A DNA stretch of 64,000 nucleotides from Flaccisagitta enflata (Eukaryota): contig OZ231126.1 in the NCBI GenBank assembly GCA_965153355.1, forward strand, positions 17,980,001 through 18,044,000, in the 5' to 3' direction. The notes beneath the pieces are model-generated. The model ran no database searches, was not told the DNA's origin, and worked only from the letters and a program-made list of their open reading frames with translations. Both the position numbers and the translations under genes were made by a program. Of this stretch, positions 56,901-64,000 are shown piece by piece. Position 1 is the stretch's first letter. Every line of letters starts with the position of its first letter.

Positions 56901-59900
56901 CCTGTATTTTTTGGCTTGTTTGTTTATTTTTTGACTAAGTAAGCATGCTAACATGTAAACAAGTTAAAAATACCTTTAATACCATTCATAGAACCCAAAA
57001 TTTGAGAAAAATCCACCAAATAAAGCCTAAATTCTCCTCAATTTTGACCTTCTCAATATTAGAGCAAAACAGGTGTTTTTCAAGCCAATTTTAACCTGTT
57101 TTGGGCCTGGTATGTCTAGCAAATGGCCCAAATCTTGTTTTTCAGCATTACAAGTTCTCTTTTTCTCAGTTTCTGATGGTTTCAGATCAGTTCTTAAAAA
57201 TATGTATAGTGACCCCCTCTTAATAAGACAGGAGACAACACCCCTCGCGACCTCTCACGCTGATCAGTTAGAACTAGGTAAACATAAGATCTTGTTCTGA
57301 GCCCAGAGGTTGAGTAGGGTAGCAATTTTTTGAGTTGGCTCCTAAGCTGAAGTGCTGATGAGTGGATTGAAATAGTTTTTGGACTTAGATTGTAGAATTT
57401 GACCGCAAAAAACTCAATTGGAAGTAATATACGATATTTATGCAAATTTGCCCAAAAAGTAGCTGAGTTGGCTTGTAGGCAATATCAGGAAAAATCAAAC
57501 TGGTGGATTTGGATTTTTTTAGCCCAAATCCCTTTAGTAACATCTAATGAGCATAACCCAAGTTCAGGATAACTTGGGAAAATTCATTTTTTGGATATAT
57601 TGATGATGGATTTTGGGTTGTCAAGCTTCAAAAATCCGTATTTGAGAAGGTAGTACTACGTAAAAGGGGTGAATTGGTCATTTTGAAGGCAGTTCAGCCC
57701 AAAATTCAATTTTGTAGTCAAAGTACAATGTTCAAGGAGGATGCACACCAAAAATCATCAATGTGCTTGCATTTTTACAACTGTGACACAGCTTTGAAAA
57801 TGCTCAAAATACCCCTTATTTTTCAGATGCACCCTATTGTCTCCCTTCTTATAAGAGAATCTTGATATTATCAAACCTGTATTTTTTGGCTTGTTTGTTT
57901 ATTTTTTGACTAAGTAAGCATGCTAACATGTAAACAAGTTAAAAATACCTTTAATACCATTCATAGAACCCAAAATTTGAGAAAAATCCACCAAATAAAG
58001 CCTAAATTCTCCTCAATTTTGACCTTCTCAATATTAGAGCAAAACAGGTGTTTTTCAAGCCAATTTTAACCTGTTTTGGGCCTGGTATGTCTAGCAAATG
58101 GCCCAAATCTTGTTTTTCAGCATTACAAGTTCTCTTTTTCTCAGTTTCTGATGGTTTCAGATCAGTTCTTAAAAATATGTATAGTGACCCCCTCTTAATA
58201 AGAGAATCTTGATATTATCAAACCTGTATTTTTTGGCTTGTTTGTTTATTTTTTGACTAAGTAAGCATGCTAACATGTAAACAAGTTAAAAATACCTTTA
58301 ATACCATTCATAGAACCCAAAATTTGAGAAAAATCCACCAAATAAAGCCTAAATTCTCCTCAATTTTGACCTTCTCAATATTAGAGCAAAACAGGTGTTT
58401 TTCAAGCCAATTTTAACCTGTTTTGGGCCTGGTATGTCTAGCAAATGGCCCAAATCTTGTTTTTCAGCATTACAAGTTCTCTTTTTCTCAGTTTCTGATG
58501 GTTTCAGATCAGTTCTTAAAAATATGTATAGTGACCCCCTCTTAATAAGACAGGAGACAACACCCCTCGCGACCTCTCACGCTGATCAGTTAGAACTAGG
58601 TAAACATAAGATCTTGTTCTGAGCCCAGAGGTTGAGTAGGGTAGCAATTTTTTGAGTTGGCTCCTAAGCTGAAGTGCTGATGAGTGGATTGAAATAGTTT
58701 TGGACTTAGATTGTAGAATTTGACCGCAAAAAACTCATTGGAAGTAATATACGATATTTATGCAAATTTGCTCAATGCTTAGATGAGTTGGCTTGTGGGC
58801 AATATCAGGAAAAAACAAACTGGTGGATTTGGATTTTTTTAGCCCAAATCCCTTTAGTAACATCTATTGAGCATAACTTAGGTTCAGGATAACATGGGAA
58901 AATTCATATTTTGGATATATTGATGATGGATTTTGGGTTGTCAAGAACTTAAAATAAGTATTTGAGAAAGGTAGTTACTAATAAAAGAAATTAGAAGTGG
59001 TCATTTTGAAGGCAGTTCAGCCCAAAATTCAATTTTGTAGTCAAAGTACAATGTTCAAGCTAAAATCATCAATGAGCATTTTTAACTGTGACAGCTTTAA
59101 AATGCTCAAAACCCACCCTTTATTTTCGGATACCCTATTGTCTCCTTCTTATGAAATCTTGATATTATCAAACCTGTATTTTTTGGCTTGTTTGTTTGTT
59201 TTTTGACTAAGTAAGCATGCTATCATGTAAACAAGTTAAAAATACCTTTATTACTATTCATATAACCTAAAAATTGAGAAAAATCCACCAAATAAAGCCT
59301 AAATTCTCCTCAATTTTGACCTTCTCAATATTAGAGCAAAACAGGTGTTTTTCAAGCCAATTTTAACCTGTTTTGGGCCTGGTATATCTAACAAATGGCC
59401 CAAATCTTGTTTTCAGCATTACAAGTTCTCTTTTACTCAGTTTCTGATGGTTTCAGATCAGTTCTTAAAAATATGTATAGTGACCCCCTCTTAATAAGAC
59501 AGGAGACAACACCCCTCATGACCTCTCACGCTGATCAGTTAGGACTAGGTAGACATAAGATCTTGTTCTGAGCCCAGGGGTTGAGTAGGGTAGCAATTTT
59601 TTGAGTTGGCTCCTACGCTGAAGTGCTGATGAGTGGGTTGAAATAGTTTTTTGAACTTAGATTGTAGAATTTGACCGCCAAAAACCTCAATTAGGTATGT
59701 GAATATTTATGCAAGATTTGCCCCAAAAAGTAGCTGAGTTGGCTTGTAGGCAATATCAGGAAAAATCAAACTGGTGGATTTGGATATTTTTGGCCCAAAT
59801 CCCTTTAGTAACATCTAATGAGCATAACCCAAGTTCAGGATAACTTGGGAAAATTCATTTTTGGATATATTGATGATGGATTTTGGGTTTTTCAAGCTTC

Positions 59901-62900
59901 AAAAATCCGTATTTGAGAAGGTAATACTACGTAAAAGGGGTGAATTTGGTCATTTTGAGGCAGTTCAGCCCAAAATTCTATTTTGTTAGTCAAAGTACAA
60001 TGTTCAAGGAGGATGCACACCAAAAGTCATCAATGTGGTTGCATTTTTACAACACTGACACAGCTTTGAAAATGCTCAAAATACCCCCTTATTTTTCAGA
60101 TGCACTATTGTCTCCCTTCTTATAAGAGATCTTGATATTATCAAACCTGTATTTTTTGGCTTGTTTGTTTATTTTTTGACTAAGTAAGCATGCTAACATG
60201 TAAACAAGTTAGAAATACCTTTAATACCATTCATAGAACCCAAAATTTGAAAAATCCACCAAATAAAGGCGCTCTTCTTCTCTCTTCAATTTTGACCTTC
60301 TCAATATTAGAGCAAAACAGGTGTTTTTCAAGCCAATTTTGACCTGTTTTGGGCCTGGTATGTCTAGCAAATGGCCCAAATCTTGTTTTTCAGCATTACA
60401 TGTTCTCTTTTTCTCAGTTTCTGATGGTTTCAGGTCAGTTCTTAAAAATATGTATAGTGACCCCATCTTAATAAGACAGGAGACAACACCCCACGCGACC
60501 TCTCACGCTGATCAGTTAGAACTAGGTAAACATAAGATCTTGTTCTGAGCCCAGAGGTTGAGTAGGGTAAGCAATTTTTGAGTTGGCTCCTAAGCTGAAG
60601 TGCTGATGAGTGGATTGAAATAGTTTTTTGGACTTAGATTGTAGAATTTGACCGCAAAAAACTCAATTGGAAGTAATATACGATATTTATGCAAATTTGC
60701 CCAAAGAGTAGCTGAGTTGGCTTGTAGGCAATATCCCAGGGAAAAATCAATGACTGAGTGGATTTTGGTTTTTAGCCCAAATCCCTTTAGTAACATCTAA
60801 TGAGCATAACCCAAGTTCAGGATAACTTGGGAAAATTCATTTTTTGGATATATTGATGATGGATTTTTGGTTGTCAAGCTTCAAAAATCCGTATTTGAGG
60901 AGGTAGTACTACGTAAAAGGGGTAAATTGATCATTTTGAAGGCAGTTCGGGCCCAAATTCAATTTTGTAGTCAAAGTACAATGTTCCAGGAGGAGGGGAT
61001 GCACACACCAAAAATCATCAATGTGCGTTGCATTTTTACAACTGTGACACAGCTTTGAAGATGCTCAAAATACCCCCTAATGTTTCAGACTCACCCCTAT
61101 TGTCTCCCTTCTTGCCATATAAGGGAATCTTGATATTATCAAACCTGTATTTTTGGCTTATTTGGTTATTTTTTGACTAAGTAAGCATGCTAACATGTAA
61201 ACAAGTTAAAAATACCTTTATTACCATTCATAGAACCCAAAATTTGAGAAAAATCCACCAAATAAAGCCTAAATTCTCCTCACATTTTGGCCTTCTCAGC
61301 TCATAGAGCAAAACAGGTGTTTTTCAAGCCAATTTTAACCTGTTTTGGGCCTGGTATGTCTAGCAAATGGCCCAAATCTTGTTTTTCAGCATTACAAGTT
61401 CTCTTTTTCTCTAGTTTCTGATGGTTTCCAGGAATCCAGTTCTTAAAAATATGTATAGTGACCCCTGTCTTAATAAGACAGGAGACAACACCCCTCGCGA
61501 CCTCTCACGCTGATCAGTTAAGACTAGAGTAAGCTTATAAGATCAACATTCTGAGGCCCAGAGATTTGAGAGTAGGGTAGCAATTTTGAGTTGGCTCCTA
61601 AGCTGAAGTGCTGATGAGTGGTTGAAATAGTTTTTGGACTGGGTGCTTAGAATTTGGCCGCAAAAGCTCAATTTAAAGTAATATACGATATTTATGCAAA
61701 TTTGCCCAAAAAGTAGCTGAGTTGGCTTGTAGGCAATATCGGGAAAAATCAAACTGGTGGATTTGGATTTTTAGCCCAAATCCCTTTTTAGTAACATCTA
61801 ATGAGCCTCAGCAAGTTCAGGATAACCGGAGTGTTATTTTTTTTGGATGATATATTGATGATGGATTTTGGGTTTGTCAAGCTTCAAAATCCGTATTTGA
61901 GAAGGTAGTACTACGTAAAAGGGGTGAATTGGTCATTTTGGAGACGGAAGTTTCAGCCCAAATTCAATTTTTTTAGTCAAAGTACAATGTTCAAGGAGGA
62001 TGCACACCAAAAATCATCAACGTGGTTACATTTTTACAACTGTGACACAGCTTTGAAAATGCTCAAAATACACCTTATGTTTTCAGATGCACCCTATTGT
62101 CTCCCTTCTTATAAGAGAGAATCGCGATATTATCAAACCTGTATTTTTGGCTTGTTTGTTTATTTTTTGACTAAGTAAGCATGCTAACATGTAAACAAGT
62201 TAAAAATACCTTTTATTACCATTCATAGAACCCAGGGCCCAAGAGAAAAATCCACCAAATAAAGCCTAAATTCTCCTGTTTTTGACCTTCTCAATATTAG
62301 GCAAAACAGGTGTTTTTCAAGCCAATTTTAACCTGTTTTGGGCCTGGTATGTCTAGCAAATGGCCCAAATCTTGTTTTTCAGCATTACAAGTTCTCTTTT
62401 TCTCAGTTTCTGATGGTTTCAGATCAGTTCTTAAAAATATGTATAGTGACCCCCTCTTAATAAGAGAATCTTGATATTATCAAACCTGTATTTTTTGGCT
62501 TGTTTGTTTATTTTTTGACTAAGTAAGCATGCTAACATGTAAACAAGTTAAAAATACCTTTAATACCATTCATAGAACCCAAAATTTGAGAAAAATCCAC
62601 CAAATAAAGCCTAAATTCTCCTCAATTTTGACCTTCTCAATATTAGAGCAAAACAGGTGTTTTTCAAGCCAATTTTAACCTGTTTTGGGCCTGGTATGTC
62701 TAGCAAATGGCCCAAATCTTGTTTTTCAGCATTACAAGTTTCTCTTTTTCTCAGGATTTCTATGGTTTCAGATCAGTTCTTAAAAATATGTATATTGACC
62801 CCCTCTTAATAAGACAGGAGACAACACCCCTCGCGACCTCTCACGATGATCAGTTAGAACTAGGTAAACATAAGATCTTGTTCTGAGCCCAGAGGTTGAG

Positions 62901-64000
62901 TAGGGTAGCAATTTTTTGAGTTGGCTCCTAAGCTGAAGTGCTGATGAGTGGATTGAAATAGTTTTGGACTTAGATTGTAGAATTTGACCGCAAAAAACTC
63001 AATTGGAAGTAATATACGATATTTATGCAAATTTGCCCAAAAAGTAGCTGAGTTGGCTTGTAGGCAATATCAGGAAAAATCAAACTGTTGTGTATTTGGA
63101 TTTTTTTAGCCCAAATCCCTTTAGTAACATCTAATTAGCATAACCCAAGTTCAGGATAACTTGGGAAAATTCATTTTTTGGATATATTGATGATGGATTT
63201 TGGGTTGTCAAGCTTCAAAAATCCGTATTTGGGAAGGTAGTACTACGTAAAAGGGGTGAATTGGTCATTTTAAAGGCAGTTCAGCCCAAAATTCAATTTT
63301 GTAGTCAGAAGTACACCAGTATTCAAGGAGGATGCACACCAAAAATCATCAATGTGGTTGCATTTTTACAACTGTGACACAGCTTTGAAAATGCTCAAAA
63401 TACCCCTTATTTTCAGATGCACCCTATTGTCTCCCTTCTTATAAGAGAATCTTGATATTATCAAACCTGTATTTTTGGCTTGTTTGTTTATTTTTTGACT
63501 AAGTAAGCATGCTAGCATGTAAACAAGTTAAAAACACCTTTTATACCATTCATAGAACCCAAAATTTGAGAAAAATCCACCAAATAAAGCCTAAATTCTC
63601 CTCAATTTTGACCTTCTCAATATTAGAGCAAAACAGGTTTTTTTCAAGCCAATTTTAACCTGTTTTGGGCCTGGTATGTCCAGCAAATGGCCGAAATCTT
63701 GTTTTTCAGCATTACCAGTTCTCTTTTTCTCAGTTTCTGATGGTTTCAGATCAGTTCTTAAAAATATGTATAGTGACCCCCTCTTAATAAGACAGGAGAC
63801 AACACCCCTCACGACCTCTCACGCTGATCAGTTAGAACTAGGTAAACATAAGATCTTGTTCAGAGCCCAGAGGTTGAGTAGAGTAGCAATTTTTTGAGTT
63901 GGCTCCTAAGCTGAAGTGCTGATGAGTGGATTGAAATAGTTTTTCGGACTTAGATTGTAGAATTTGACTTCCAAAAACCTCAATTGGAAGTAATATACGA
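53954..64000. repeat. Tandem (satellite-like) array of 975-bp units with 1322-bp variant units; runs off the window
   Basis: Unit start agacaggagacaacacccc at 53954, 54929, 56251, 57226, 58548, ~59497, ~60474, ~61476, ~62812 and ~63790. Confidence 0.96.

Noticed and set aside
53954-64000. CRISPR-like array or tandem gene cluster (repeated 63-83 aa ORFs); rDNA or 5S array
   Set aside because: There are no unique spacers, the ORFs are short with non-ATG starts and break in other copies, and I recognise no rRNA, tRNA or histone sequence.

Overview
Repeat-rich eukaryotic (invertebrate-type) genomic DNA with a 10-N scaffold gap at 48194-48203; there is no prokaryotic-style gene content. Most ORF-track entries are microsatellite or repeat artefacts. 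The main gene is a divergent metazoan chitin synthase, reconstructed as 11 phase-compatible exons (about 1079 codons, ending at the PTPYGGR motif). Exons 1-6 (N-terminal low-complexity and multi-TM region) lie on the + strand at 27.8-46.5 kb. Exons 7-11 (CATMWHET, FHIIFDDA, PTPYGGR) continue the same frame but lie on the - strand at 53.9-51.3 kb, beyond the gap. This is most likely a flipped contig, but a real inversion or opposite-strand trans-splicing is not excluded. Also present: a QPD-type C-type lectin pseudogene (3.1-5.0 kb), possible exon remnants of an unidentified gene (9.8-26.4 kb), a multi-kb foldback, many nested MITE/hAT/Helitron-like elements with readable TIRs and TSDs, a dead hAT transposase, and a >=10 kb 975-bp tandem array with a 1322-bp variant unit.
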